This document shows positions 21,732-32,671 of a stretch of 64,000 nucleotides of DNA, in pieces. The notes under the pieces were generated by a model that saw only the letters and a list, made by a program, of their open reading frames with translations, had not been told where the DNA came from and ran no database searches. Made by a program: the position numbers and the translations under genes. Origin of the DNA: a virus (taxonomy: Duplodnaviria; Caudoviricetes); IMG/VR virus record IMGVR_UViG_3300037249_001368, positions 114,154 to 178,153 of that record; one strand, 5' to 3'. The first letter of the stretch is position 1, and every line of letters begins with the position of its first letter.

Positions 21732-22732
21732 ACAAAGAAGGCACACGGATAGAGATTTTCGAGAAAGGAATCGTTGTTGACAGGGAACTTCCGAAATATA
21801 CTCTCATCCAAAAAATTGTTGAGGAAAACCGTGAAAAGCAACGCCTCGATAAAAATATGGAAGTGGTGGAATCTGAACCATCGATGGATATACAAATGGT
21901 GGATGCCACTACCGATAACAAGATTGATTTCAAAAAGTTTGAGGATGCAGGTATCCGTGATTTGAACATTTACATCCATTCCAATCTGTTCAACAACGTA
22001 TTTAATAAATTCTCCCTGGGTTATTGGGAAGGAGATACTTCAACCCCAACTATGTGTCCCGAAGATAAAACACCCAAAAAATCTATATGGAGACGCCTTA
22101 GCGAAAAACTCCATTCCAAGGAATTTGAGGATATCATTGAATTTGATGTGTTTCAGTTTTTCACCAATGTCAAACAACTGACTGAAGATTCAGTCAATAC
22201 GTATACAGATAGAATACTTGGTTACATCATTGCACTGAAAAATGTCGAGCAAACAGGTCAAAAAGCCCTGAAAGAAAAACTATTGAGAAACATTGTTATC
22301 AACAGATACGAATCCATCCTTTACGCTCGTGGCATTTACCATGTGGTTTTCGAGAACGAACTACTCGAATTTTACAAGAAATCTGAGAAAGGTGTGAATC
22401 TGACCTACATCAAGAACTTCGTCAGACCATTGCCTCCTGAGGTCGTTGATAAAATCGTGGAGACTAACAAACTAGAAATTTTCGACAACTATGTGGTTCT
22501 GCATTATGACCCTGAAAAGAAGTCATATCAACAGACCCTTGAAGAGAAAAAGAAGGAATACGAAAAGCGCCGTGACCCGATTCTGTTCGGTGTTATTCAG
22601 GGCTCTGAAAAGTTGTATTACATCACTGATTGGGTGGATGAGTATTGTGATTTAACCCTCGATAAGTTCGCCGAGGTGCTTCAAATCAACAAAGACAGTT
22701 TGAAGTTACCGGCAGAAATCAAAGTATCATGA
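21725..22732 (+). CDS. conserved phage hypothetical protein
   Basis: FDNYVVLHYDP...DPILFG...LYYITDWVDEYCDLT; ATG 21725 preferred. Confidence 0.75.
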   Translation: MVNKEGTRIEIFEKGIVVDRELPKYTLIQKIVEENREKQRLDKNMEVVESEPSMDIQMVDATTDNKIDFKKFEDAGIRDLNIYIHSNLFNNVFNKFSLGYWEGDTSTPTMCPEDKTPKKSIWRRLSEKLHSKEFEDIIEFDVFQFFTNVKQLTEDSVNTYTDRILGYIIALKNVEQTGQKALKEKLLRNIVINRYESILYARGIYHVVFENELLEFYKKSEKGVNLTYIKNFVRPLPPEVVDKIVETNKLEIFDNYVVLHYDPEKKSYQQTLEEKKKEYEKRRDPILFGVIQGSEKLYYITDWVDEYCDLTLDKFAEVLQINKDSLKLPAEIKVS

Positions 22733-23175
22733 CACAGACAACTGATGAACTCGTAAATAGAGAAGTTGCACAACTTCTCATGGAGAATGGTTTTGATGAG
22801 CCATGTAAATTGGCTTGGACGAAAACATCCAAAAAGCCCATCCAAATAAAGCTGAAACTTGGTTTTGATTCTACCAAGAAGGAAACCATGGACACATTGA
22901 AAAACCATTACATGATGGCTCCAACCCAACAAAGAGCCATCAGGTGGTTGCGTGAAAACAAAGATGTGATTGTGGATACCCCGATTCATAGTTTCGTAGA
23001 AGAAACTTGGAAGTACAACATATATTACGCACTGACCAAGACTCTTTATAAGTGTCCTAAGGTTTTCAAAAACTTTGAGGAAATGGTGAACATCGCACTG
23101 ACAGAAGCCTTGAAACACATGAAGGACCACCAACCTCTAACAGCACCGGCAGAACTGCTTGATGAAGAATATTGA
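22729..23175 (+). CDS. hypothetical protein, Bacteroidota-phage family
   Basis: EVAQLLMENGFDEPC...APT...RWLRE pattern. Confidence 0.65.
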   Translation: MTQTTDELVNREVAQLLMENGFDEPCKLAWTKTSKKPIQIKLKLGFDSTKKETMDTLKNHYMMAPTQQRAIRWLRENKDVIVDTPIHSFVEETWKYNIYYALTKTLYKCPKVFKNFEEMVNIALTEALKHMKDHQPLTAPAELLDEEY

Positions 23176-23680
23176 TGACATCAAATTTCACGCATTGTTG
23201 AATCAATGTATACATCTTAGACAAATGGAAGAACCTAGAATCAGAGTTTCTACTCACGACATACTTGGAAGGATATTTTCCGAATACAAACACACAGAAA
23301 TCTTCAATGGTGAAAAAGTTCATTATCACGATTGGAGTATGTTTGATGATTCGCATGAAAAAATAGCAACATTCACGGTATACACCTATGACGATGACTC
23401 ATCAACAGCATACTTTTCTGATTTTATTGTGAAAGAAACTATGCGAGGAAACGGTATTGGTGGATTTATCATCAACAACATATCACATTTCATACCAACT
23501 GAATGTGGCAGAGTTTATCTTTGGGTTCAGAAGTCAAAATCCAACAAAGCGTTATCAGCAGATGTGCTCATTCCTTGGTATGAGCGTCACGGCTTTGAGC
23601 AGGTGCCTGATTTGGAGGAAGAAGATTGTGTTTGGTTGATTAAGCAAATATCCAACATTCAGGAAAATCAGACTAAATAA
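23159..23680 (+). CDS. GNAT-family acetyltransferase
   Basis: VKETMRGNGIG (motif A), WYERHGF. Confidence 0.8.
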   Translation: MMKNIDDIKFHALLNQCIHLRQMEEPRIRVSTHDILGRIFSEYKHTEIFNGEKVHYHDWSMFDDSHEKIATFTVYTYDDDSSTAYFSDFIVKETMRGNGIGGFIINNISHFIPTECGRVYLWVQKSKSNKALSADVLIPWYERHGFEQVPDLEEEDCVWLIKQISNIQENQTK

Positions 23681-23696
23681 AATCAAAAGACTGGTT
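23669..23696 (+). promoter_or_regulatory. phage bipartite promoter (CAGACTAA-N16-GGTT)
   Basis: exact-spacer copy overlapping the GNAT stop. Confidence 0.7.
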
Positions 23697-23705
23697 TTAT
23701 CAATT

Positions 23706-25668
23706 ATGATTGTAGTAAAAACATCAAACACAATTACACAAGCTGACCTCAAAGACCTCGGCCCCGCAACAACACCATGCATGTATCTTATGACTGGTGA
23801 CTGTTTGACGAGGTTTTGTAAAAGAGGTCACTTTCCCGTGAATTGCTTTAATTGCCCCGATTATGACACCCGAATAAGTTCTGTTTAATATGAAATACAA
23901 CAAAGTTCTGTTCTTTGAAAGAAATCAGCAAGGAACATTCACCCTTTCAGGACAAACCGAGGTCCTGTCAAATTTTGAAGCGTTGCAAGTCTACGCTAAC
24001 ACCCCAAATCCAGCTTCCTGCTTCATCGAGGCAGATGATATTGATTCTTTGGTTGTAAAAGTTGGACAAACCATTGACAACATGGGTAATCTCGATTACG
24101 TCGAAAAATACGTAAATCCTTGCTTGTGATATGAAAACGCCCCGTTTTTGTGATTGTATCAGGTTTCCTCGTCTGAAAACCAAGTACTACGTCACAGATT
24201 ATTGTTCATTGAAACCAAAATACCTGAAAGGGTATAACGATTTTTCTGACAGAATCATTTGGACAGATAAACCATACGGTTTCTTTTACAAGGAAGATGC
24301 TCTGCTTTTTGCGATACTGGCTAAATCCTTTGGTTATAAAGTAGAAGTCTTCTCAATAACATATCCAGACAAACACATAAAATATTTATAATAATGGAAA
24401 AGTTTCAAAAACTCATTGATTTGGGTATAGACATCAACAGCGCTGATATGAAGTCGTTCAGAACTAATCAGTACGACGACCTCAGCGGTGAATGGTCTGC
24501 CCCAATCATTACATCTTGGGATGAGAAAACCATTCATCTACATTTTCCAACAGCTCAAATCGAACCTTACTGGTCAACCGACAGACTACTTGAGTTGGTG
24601 CCCAAAAAGATTAACATCAACAACGAAACCTATTTTATGGATTTGACCAACGAAGTCAACATCAGCAATAAGACTGGTCAGGCTACCGCTGTTTACTATC
24701 TTGCTTACAGAAACGAAAGCAAGATTTTCGTCAATATGCAGAATGACAGCCTGCAGCAGGTCTTGATTGACTTCTTGATTTACATCCTGACACTTATCAA
24801 GGTTTCTTCTCAACAACAAACACGAGAAACAGGAAATGTAGAACCTCAACCCGAGCAGCACGATGAGACCGATAATAGTGGTAACGAGTGAAGACCCTGA
24901 TTTTGCGGTAAAGACACAACACCCAGTTATCGAAGCCAACTTTGCGAAAGAAATCTGCGACAAATGTTTGAATTTAGATGCCACTGATGCCGAGCCAGTG
25001 AAATGTATCAAAACCGTTTCACTGGCAGCCATCACGGTTTTCTTCTATTACGGATTTCTTAAGCTGGGTCTTGATGTTAGTTTTTGGATGATTAAAAACA
25101 ATCCATGCAAAATCACCCAAGTTGGTCTGAATGATATTTTCGCCTCATTTAATCAGGAATATGACCATGTAGAAACATTCTTCGAGGAAGGAGAATATGA
25201 GGAGATTACCGAAAAGGTCATGTCTGATGGCAGTGACGTACAACTATCGTTACCGATGAAAGAAACCTACCCAATCCATAAATTTGATGATTTGTGGACT
25301 ATGGGAATTTGTATCGATTTAGAAAGAACATTCAAACCAAAACGCTGAAAATCATGATTTTAGAATATAAAAACACTGTCATAGACATAGAAAAACTTTA
25401 TTACGTTGATTGTGGGTTTTTCAAAGAAAAGATTTGTTTTGTACTTTGGGACGACCTGATGGCGTTTATGTCAAAAACCGTAGGTTTTGATTACAGCATC
25501 AAAAGCACTTCAGTAGACGTAATTCCGAAAGACACGCCAATTTACATTCCTCAGAAACCTGAATTTGGCAATGGCTACAGCAATTACAAGTTTGTGAAGC
25601 TGGAAGATGTTATTATACCAGAAGAGTGTGAATCAGTTTTCAGAAGATTCGAGAATCAAAATTATTAA
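23706..25668 (+). CDS. cluster of small hypothetical ORFs (23706-23888, 23890-24129, 24131-24391, 24394-24891, 24863-25348, 25354-25668)
   Basis: abutting plus-strand ORFs; 24394 is a paralog of 39342. Confidence 0.6.
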
Positions 25669-25670
25669 AT

Positions 25671-26162
25671 ATGGAAGAACTCAACCAACAGAAAAACGAG
25701 CGCCCATCATGGGATGATTATTTTCTTGGAATAGCAGATGCCGTTTCCAAGAGAGCCACTTGCAACCGAGGTAAGACTGGATGTGTCTTTACCAAAGACA
25801 ACCAGATTCTTGTTACAGGTTATGTCGGAGCACCTAAGGGACTACCTCACTGTGACGAGGTCGGGCATAAGTTCCAGACTGTTGTTCATGAGGATGGTCA
25901 CAAATCAGAACACTGCGTCAGAACGGTTCACGCCGAACAGAACGCAATCGCTCAAGCAGCCCGCCGTGGAATTGCTTTGGAAGGTGCCACTCTTTATTGC
26001 CGTATGACTCCTTGCAGAGTCTGTGCTATGATGCTTATTAATTGTGGAATCGTGAGAATAGTTTGTGAAAGACGCTATCACGAAGCCGCTGAATCAGAAG
26101 AAATGTTCAAACAGGCAGGTATAGAACTTACCTACAAGTTTGATGAAGTACAAACTTACTAA
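25671..26162 (+). CDS. dCMP deaminase
   Basis: RPSWDDYF, HAEQNAI, PCRVC. Confidence 0.93.
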   Translation: MEELNQQKNERPSWDDYFLGIADAVSKRATCNRGKTGCVFTKDNQILVTGYVGAPKGLPHCDEVGHKFQTVVHEDGHKSEHCVRTVHAEQNAIAQAARRGIALEGATLYCRMTPCRVCAMMLINCGIVRIVCERRYHEAAESEEMFKQAGIELTYKFDEVQTY

Positions 26163-26173
26163 ACACAAAAATC

Positions 26174-26509
26174 ATGAATTATCAGTTCATTTTAGCCATC
26201 GTAATCGTGGTTCTGATGGTGGCTCTTCTGGTGACGAATATTGTCATCAATCATAAAAACTATCAAGCAACCAAGGAAATCAGAGAAAGTCTTGAAGCAG
26301 GTAACAGCCTCATGGATAAACTCGTTTCATCAATCAAAAACAACGAAGAATCCCGCCGCGAAGATTTCAAACAACACCTCGACGTCCTGAGCCTTATTCG
26401 CAAAAACACTAACAAGAAGGATTCAGGCCAGAAAAAGGACTTCAAGAAACCCAACGACAAGCATAAGAGTTTCCAAGGAAATCAGCAAAAACCTACGGGT
26501 AATAAATAG
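26174..26509 (+). CDS. membrane-anchored hypothetical protein
   Basis: N-terminal TM, coiled coil, basic tail. Confidence 0.65.
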   Translation: MNYQFILAIVIVVLMVALLVTNIVINHKNYQATKEIRESLEAGNSLMDKLVSSIKNNEESRREDFKQHLDVLSLIRKNTNKKDSGQKKDFKKPNDKHKSFQGNQQKPTGNK

Positions 26510-26551
26510 GTGAAGTTAAATTGCCGTAATAGAAGTTTGAAGGTTTATTGT

Positions 26552-26586
26552 GAAAGCCTGCCCCCGAAAGGAGCGGGCTTTCTTTA
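26552..26586 (+). terminator. intrinsic terminator
   Basis: gaaagcctgc...gcgggctttc + ttt. Confidence 0.8.
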
Positions 26587-26601
26587 TGGGAAAATTCCAA
26601 T

Positions 26602-26629
26602 CAGCCTAACTCATTGTATGAAAACGGTT
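26602..26629 (+). promoter_or_regulatory. phage bipartite promoter (CAGCCTAA-N16-GGTT)
   Basis: exact-spacer copy just after the terminator. Confidence 0.8.
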
Positions 26630-26664
26630 TATTTCTATGAAAAATGAAATGAAAAATAGTAGCA

Positions 26665-27087
26665 ATGAACCAATCAGAATACATTCGACAGATACTAACC
26701 GAGTTTGCTGAAAAGGTCAATAAGTCCAAGGAAATGGTAAAAATCTACTGCGTCATCAGCAGCAGTGCAAGAGCAGGTGGCAAGACCTATAACATCATAA
26801 AAGCCTTGGAAGCCAGTGGATTACAAGTAGCCATGATAAACAGCAAGGACGAAATCCAAATCATCAACGGCGAAAATGCGATTTTGATTGATGAAAATAA
26901 ACTTGAGCCAGAGGAGCAAGAATCAGGACTTGAGAAATTGAACGAAGCTGTGGCTCAGTTACATCTTTACGAAAGAGCGCCTCATTCATCAGAAGAGATA
27001 ATCAGAAGCCAAAGATTACACCAAAATAAAATCGACAGAGACCAAGCAAGATTCCGTAAGAGATACCAACACAAAAATTACAAATAA
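26665..27087 (+). CDS. hypothetical protein with P-loop-like ARAGGKT
   Basis: 140 aa; GGKT and ILIDE but short. Confidence 0.55.
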   Translation: MNQSEYIRQILTEFAEKVNKSKEMVKIYCVISSSARAGGKTYNIIKALEASGLQVAMINSKDEIQIINGENAILIDENKLEPEEQESGLEKLNEAVAQLHLYERAPHSSEEIIRSQRLHQNKIDRDQARFRKRYQHKNYK

Positions 27088-27097
27088 CCTTCAAACC

Positions 27098-28057
27098 ATG
27101 TACGACTTAATCATCCCAAAGCATTTCCTCGAAGAGAACATCGAGGCCATGCTGAAGAGCCTTGAAAGGCAAATGTATGACATCACCGGCATCCCGAAAT
27201 CACGGGAAAATCCTGAATATCCATCACTGTTCCCCAACAGGTTTGTCAAAAACAATAACAACATCATTTGGTGTGGTCAAGAATGGCAATGTTGCATGGA
27301 GGGTTACCGCTTAATTAATACAAGCAACCCTTGGCAATGGTATTCCGAACACTGCGTCAGAATCTTGGATTCAGGCACTTTGGTCCTAACAATGAAGAAA
27401 GACCCTCGTCAGATAAAACATTGGGATGGAGAAATATACAATCCAGAGTACGGTGTTGGTACCTTAAGAAGTGTTGAAGCGTACTCCTACGGTACTTTTA
27501 AGGGCAAGGTCATGCTCCCGAAAGGCAAAGGTTTATGGCCTAGTTTTTGGCTCAGCTGTAAAGAAACGCACCTCGAATTTGAATACGAGCGTAAGTTCCG
27601 AGGACAGAGTCTGTGGCCTGCTGGTGGTGAAATCGACGGTACTGAAGGCTGGTCAAGGAATGACAAGTACTTTACAATGTTCATAGCTAAACCGCCGTAT
27701 GTGTGTCCGAGTTGGAGAATCAGCACCACCAACATTCACTACGCAGAGAACGGTCAACACGCATCAATCGGAACGAGGAACATTCCTTGGTGCAAGCAAC
27801 ACAAATCACCAGTCGACAACTACATAGAATATGAGATTGAATGGCTCCCTGATAAAATCACAATAAAGGCCAACGGTAAAATCGTGAGACAGGACACCAA
27901 GTCAGCAATCGCTATCACGAATCATTGGAAGAGCATCGGTCAGAAACCAGGCATGGCGGTAATATTCAATGTTTGGATTGAAGACCCAGCGTACAACGAT
28001 GTTTCAATCTATAATGATATGTATGTCAAAGATTTTGAATATCTGCCAATGCCATGA
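27098..28057 (+). CDS. glycoside hydrolase family 16 protein
   Basis: YGTF, GKGLWPSFWL, catalytic GEIDGTEG (ExDxxE), IEWLPDKI. Confidence 0.85.
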   Translation: MYDLIIPKHFLEENIEAMLKSLERQMYDITGIPKSRENPEYPSLFPNRFVKNNNNIIWCGQEWQCCMEGYRLINTSNPWQWYSEHCVRILDSGTLVLTMKKDPRQIKHWDGEIYNPEYGVGTLRSVEAYSYGTFKGKVMLPKGKGLWPSFWLSCKETHLEFEYERKFRGQSLWPAGGEIDGTEGWSRNDKYFTMFIAKPPYVCPSWRISTTNIHYAENGQHASIGTRNIPWCKQHKSPVDNYIEYEIEWLPDKITIKANGKIVRQDTKSAIAITNHWKSIGQKPGMAVIFNVWIEDPAYNDVSIYNDMYVKDFEYLPMP

Positions 28058-28821
28058 TTAAATCACTGAAAATAGACCTAAGCAAAAACTTAGGTAAGTT
28101 CTACTATCTGAAGAATATCAAGAATCTGCCGACAGAATATGATTTCAAAGATGGAATGAATATCATAATTGGGCCTAATGGTTCAGGTAAGAGCAGTATT
28201 CTTAAGGTTTTGCAACAACTGACTTTATGTAATACCGATGATGGTTTACCAAAGTTGTGGAGAGGCTTGCGTTTTTCAACACAAACCGAATTAATCAGAG
28301 AATCTGACGGTTTTGATTTGACCAACGACTGGAGGTTCCCAACCGCCATGTTGTATCGTTCAGAACAACTCGAAACATCAGGTTTTGATTTTATCAACGC
28401 AGAATTATGTGCCCAGAAGATGGAAGGCGGAAGTCTTTCCGACGGTGAAAATCAAGCATATTCCATGCGTTGTTTCGTTGAGAGGTATTCCAAGTTCATT
28501 CATGAATATGATTTGGAACAGATGCTCAAAAACGAAAACGGAAATGAAATGATTGCTTCAGTTTCTGATTATATCAAGAAACACAGTTACGACCAAATGG
28601 ATGAATCCATGCACTCAACAATTCTGATGGATGAACCCGACAAAGGTCTTGATGTAATCCTTCTGAAAGCATTGTACGGTATGCTGAAAACAGACAAGAA
28701 AGATATTCAAATAATAGCAGTAGCACACAATCCGTTTTTGATTCACATGCTTGCCAAATTCAGCAACGTAATCGAGACATCAAACGGTTACATGAAACTT
28801 ATCGAAGACTTTATTAAATAA
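28054..28821 (+). CDS. stand-alone ABC/SMC-type ATPase
   Basis: GPNGSGKS, LSDGE, LMDEPD, H-loop AH. Confidence 0.85.
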   Translation: MIKSLKIDLSKNLGKFYYLKNIKNLPTEYDFKDGMNIIIGPNGSGKSSILKVLQQLTLCNTDDGLPKLWRGLRFSTQTELIRESDGFDLTNDWRFPTAMLYRSEQLETSGFDFINAELCAQKMEGGSLSDGENQAYSMRCFVERYSKFIHEYDLEQMLKNENGNEMIASVSDYIKKHSYDQMDESMHSTILMDEPDKGLDVILLKALYGMLKTDKKDIQIIAVAHNPFLIHMLAKFSNVIETSNGYMKLIEDFIK

Positions 28822-28839
28822 TTTCTAAAATCTAAACAA

Positions 28840-29841
28840 ATGTTATTAATCAGAAGTAAGGCTTCTTTGATTCAGCCACAGGGCTACGATGTGCTTTCCA
28901 TCAAGAAATTAGTGGAATCAGCCGGTAGAACCTGTTACAAATCAGAGGACAAAATCACCGATGACAGCGCCGAAACATTCGTGCAGAACATGATTGACAG
29001 AGGTCACACGGCCATGCTTGAAGCTGGTCCTGTGTATCTAAAATGCTATGGGTCAAGCGAGGCCTTGAGAAAGTACAGAAGCAACAAGTTCTCTACTTAC
29101 GATTCCGTTTACGAGGGCAAAGAAGTCTTCGAAGACGGTAACGATGTTGATATTGATTACTACCACACAGAGTACGTGACCACGAACTTGCGCGTTATGT
29201 TGGAAAACAACTGGTTGACAGATTTGCAATATGTTTGTGAACCTGACCCAGAACACCACTCACTCCGAATTTCAATGCGATTCATCACCGACAGAGGTGT
29301 TTCTCATGAACTTGTCCGTCACCGCGCTTTCAGTTTTGCTCAGGAATCGGCTCGTTTCTGCGACTACAACAAAACGAAGTTCGGTAAGCAAATCACCTAC
29401 ATCATCCCGAGTTGGTTGCCAGAATTACCTGAGGGACATGTAGACTACCAAAATGATTACCCAGTAGTTATCACAGAAAATGGTATTCACAAATGTTCGG
29501 AACTCGAAGCAGTGTTTATTAACCAACTCCAATCAGCAGAAGATTGTTACATGGATTTGGTCACTAAATGGGAAGAACGCAAACCAGACCGTCGCTACAG
29601 AACTGGTTACAAGGGTAATCCTTTGACACCTCAACAAGCAAGACAAGTCCTTCCTAATGCACTGAAAACTGAAATCGTGCTCAGCGCTTTCACCAGTGAT
29701 TGGAAACACTTTTTCGATTTGAGGTACTACGGTACCACAGGAAGTCCGCACCCAGATATGCTTGAACTTTCAACGAAAGCAGTTGAAGTGCTGAAAGCAA
29801 ACAATCTGTGGGACATCTGTCATAACGAACCACAACAATAA
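28840..29841 (+). CDS. thyX: FAD-dependent thymidylate synthase
   Basis: AGRTCYKS, HELVRHR-x-SFAQESAR, ARQVLPNALKT, HPDM. Confidence 0.93.
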   Translation: MLLIRSKASLIQPQGYDVLSIKKLVESAGRTCYKSEDKITDDSAETFVQNMIDRGHTAMLEAGPVYLKCYGSSEALRKYRSNKFSTYDSVYEGKEVFEDGNDVDIDYYHTEYVTTNLRVMLENNWLTDLQYVCEPDPEHHSLRISMRFITDRGVSHELVRHRAFSFAQESARFCDYNKTKFGKQITYIIPSWLPELPEGHVDYQNDYPVVITENGIHKCSELEAVFINQLQSAEDCYMDLVTKWEERKPDRRYRTGYKGNPLTPQQARQVLPNALKTEIVLSAFTSDWKHFFDLRYYGTTGSPHPDMLELSTKAVEVLKANNLWDICHNEPQQ

Positions 29842-29932
29842 AGCAATTCGTCAGCACTCTGACACGCATGGTTGTTTTTTGGTGCAATACGCATCAGAGG
29901 ATGTAAGAAGGATGATTCATAGTATTTCGTTG

Positions 29933-29977
29933 GGGGCAAGGTTATCTTCGGAGTGCTGTAACCTTGCCCCTATTTTT
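29933..29977 (+). terminator. intrinsic terminator
   Basis: ggggcaaggtta/taaccttgcccc 12-bp stem + tattttt. Confidence 0.85.
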
Positions 29978-30000
29978 ATGCCCAATCAAAACATAACAAA

Positions 30001-30258
30001 ATGGACACATCAAAAAGAATAGAAATATCGGTAGAAGATTTCACCCAATTACTGTACAACGGAGGTATAAAAAGAATAAGTTTCACGTTGAGCAGTCTTG
30101 ATTATATTGTGCCTTGTATTTTGAAAGCCTGTGTGAGAGAAGGAAACGAGGATTTTGTAATCAATTTTCTGAAAAAGTTTCCATACACTGATGCAGAAAT
30201 TTCCAAATATATCGAAAAAGTCAAAGAATCGATTGCCAAAGATTCAAGAACCAAATAA
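30001..30258 (+). CDS. hypothetical protein
   Basis: 85-aa ORF with A-rich start. Confidence 0.6.
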   Translation: MDTSKRIEISVEDFTQLLYNGGIKRISFTLSSLDYIVPCILKACVREGNEDFVINFLKKFPYTDAEISKYIEKVKESIAKDSRTK

Positions 30259-30277
30259 TCACTTGAAAAATAACAGT

Positions 30278-30305
30278 CAGCCTAAGTGGATTTTCTGTTT
30301 TAGTT
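30278..30305 (+). promoter_or_regulatory. phage bipartite promoter (CAGCCTAA-N16-AGTT)
   Basis: exact-spacer copy. Confidence 0.8.
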
Positions 30306-30335
30306 ATAAAAACCAAACCTTCGAAATTAAATAAT

Positions 30336-31100
30336 ATGCAAAACGAGCTTCCTCAAATGTTGCCAACTTACATAGCAGCAGGAGACATCCTCAAAGAGAT
30401 GTCTAAAATCAAGAGAGAAACCGTGGACTTGGTTATTTGCAACATTGACTACGAAACCAAGGACGAGTTCCTCAAAAAGTTCTGTAAATCGCTTATCAGA
30501 GTTCTTAGCCCAAAAGGAACTATAGTGTTCTTTGGCAAAGAAATGTTCACGGTGCGAGTCATCAACGCGATGGCTAAGTACTATAAATATAGGTATGTTT
30601 GGAAAAAGGGCAACACCAGTACAGGTTTCTTGAACTCATCTCTGCGCCCATTGCAAAATCACGAGGATATTATGATTTTCCAAAAGGCAGAAAAAGCCAA
30701 TGATACCACTTACAATCCTCAGATGACTCAGGGTGCTAAGAGGTATTCGAGTATCAAGAATCTTGGCAAGGAGAAACATTCCAACATTTACAGCCCTCAC
30801 AAGGAAAGCCTCAAGGAGGACACAACCGACAGGTACCCAACATCAGTCCTTAACTATGATATCGACCGCCCGATTAAAGACGTTGGTCAGAAGCCAATGG
30901 CTCTGATTGAGTTCTTGATTAGGACTTATTCAAACCATGATGACACTGTTTTGTTCCCCTGTTTGGATAAGAGCGGGAACATAACTATCGCTCACGCTTT
31001 GAATCGCGGTTATATCGGCATAGCAGCAAACGAAGAACTCAAGGAACTTGTCGAAAACCAGTTGGATGAGACACCAATCATCAAAGAAATCAACGTATAA
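30336..31100 (+). CDS. DNA methyltransferase-like protein (N6/N4 family) with degenerate catalytic motifs
   Basis: VWKK, RPLQNHEDI, YNPQM, QKPMALIEFLIRTYSN; motif IV reads NIDY and motif I reads FPCLDKSG. Confidence 0.75.
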   Translation: MQNELPQMLPTYIAAGDILKEMSKIKRETVDLVICNIDYETKDEFLKKFCKSLIRVLSPKGTIVFFGKEMFTVRVINAMAKYYKYRYVWKKGNTSTGFLNSSLRPLQNHEDIMIFQKAEKANDTTYNPQMTQGAKRYSSIKNLGKEKHSNIYSPHKESLKEDTTDRYPTSVLNYDIDRPIKDVGQKPMALIEFLIRTYSNHDDTVLFPCLDKSGNITIAHALNRGYIGIAANEELKELVENQLDETPIIKEINV

Positions 31101-32641
31101 TGTTACAAGTAAACGCAGCATCTTTCATCGAGAAAAATCTGATGAAAGTCAAGGGGTACGATTATAATTGGATATCTATGATATCTTCTACCCCCTTGAT
31201 TTTCGAGGATACGAACTATCTCCGTGTGCTGCATTACATTGATAATACCATAACTGAGCAGGAACTACGAGAATATCGTAATGGAAATCTCCGTAAGGTG
31301 TATGCCAATTTTGAGTATATGCTGATGGACAACTTGGAATATTATGACAGGATTATGGCTTTCTGTACAATGTATTTTCACAAGTATATTTCCATAGATG
31401 GGGACAATACACAAAAACATATACCGAACCATGTAATCAGCATGAACATTACTCCTACGAAGATTTGGTGTGCTACGATGCTTTCGATTTCGAGCACCAG
31501 ATTTGAGATAGAGTACGGCTGGGATATGAGGTGTGTGGATTTGAACAACGGTAATTCTTGGTTACAAAACAACTTCCATATTCTGAAGCGAAACCCGATG
31601 TTTGATGTGTTTATATCTTACAGAGCATATATCAATAACACATCAGGTTATCGTGAAACATTCATCGCTGATAAAACACAAGACAAAAGACTTTATCAGA
31701 TTTGTAAGAAGTTTACTGAACAATCCCAAGTCTTTAGTTCTGATGATATTCAGTTGTTGGATGAGTATACGCAGCATGTCGACGAGTATGTAAAGAACCT
31801 GTATGATTCGCTCTCTGATTGTATGAGTGTGTTATACAACAACGACAAATCCGCTTACGCGATTTATGTGTTTGAGGATGAGTTTATGATTCATACTACT
31901 CATTTTGGTATGCGTGTATTCAAAAAGAATGGCCAAATTTCCAAAGATTACATGTCCAATTCTTATGAGTGTTTCGTAGCGGAACCGTATCTGAAACCAT
32001 CAATCAAAAAACAGATACAATGGTGTAAGTATATTGTTCCATTTAAGTATCAGCGTGTTATCGAAATTCTGACTAAAGTTCTCGAAAAGTTATTGGAGAC
32101 AGATTTTCATAATGTAGTTGCTGTCAAAAGAATGAATCCAAAAACCAATACCGTTTCTTATGTGAGGTTTACGGGTATTTTCGACAGAGTCTACATTTAC
32201 GAAAAATTCATGCATGACAACAAAGTCGTTAAAGAGTACAAGCGGTGTTTGTCAAAAACAAACGCAGCAAAATACATCGTGGAGCGAGGGTATTATATCT
32301 TTGGTCTGAAGGAGGACATAGATAATCTGTTGAATGACTTTGAAAATTCAATACAACCAAGAATCAATATACTCAGAAATCATTACAACAAGTACTGCGT
32401 AAAGATTGATGAGTTTATGAAAGGTGTCGTTGAACGCTACAACAGACAAAACGCAAAGATTATAAATACCTATATCAATGGTGTAAAAGATTATAGTATT
32501 TCCAGTGACGTAAAAGTTACTTCGTTGAAATCTGATGGAGATACCGTAAACTTAATCATAAAAACCGTAAACGGTAACATTAAGAATAAAACTAAGTCAG
32601 ACACCGAGATAAAATCCTATTACGACGTCATAAATTCGTAA
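31100..32641 (+). CDS. hypothetical protein (Tyr/Asn-rich)
   Basis: 513-aa ORF coupled to the previous stop. Confidence 0.7.
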   Translation: MLQVNAASFIEKNLMKVKGYDYNWISMISSTPLIFEDTNYLRVLHYIDNTITEQELREYRNGNLRKVYANFEYMLMDNLEYYDRIMAFCTMYFHKYISIDGDNTQKHIPNHVISMNITPTKIWCATMLSISSTRFEIEYGWDMRCVDLNNGNSWLQNNFHILKRNPMFDVFISYRAYINNTSGYRETFIADKTQDKRLYQICKKFTEQSQVFSSDDIQLLDEYTQHVDEYVKNLYDSLSDCMSVLYNNDKSAYAIYVFEDEFMIHTTHFGMRVFKKNGQISKDYMSNSYECFVAEPYLKPSIKKQIQWCKYIVPFKYQRVIEILTKVLEKLLETDFHNVVAVKRMNPKTNTVSYVRFTGIFDRVYIYEKFMHDNKVVKEYKRCLSKTNAAKYIVERGYYIFGLKEDIDNLLNDFENSIQPRINILRNHYNKYCVKIDEFMKGVVERYNRQNAKIINTYINGVKDYSISSDVKVTSLKSDGDTVNLIIKTVNGNIKNKTKSDTEIKSYYDVINS

Positions 32642-32671
32642 CCATAAATTTAATAACTTAAATAATCCGAT

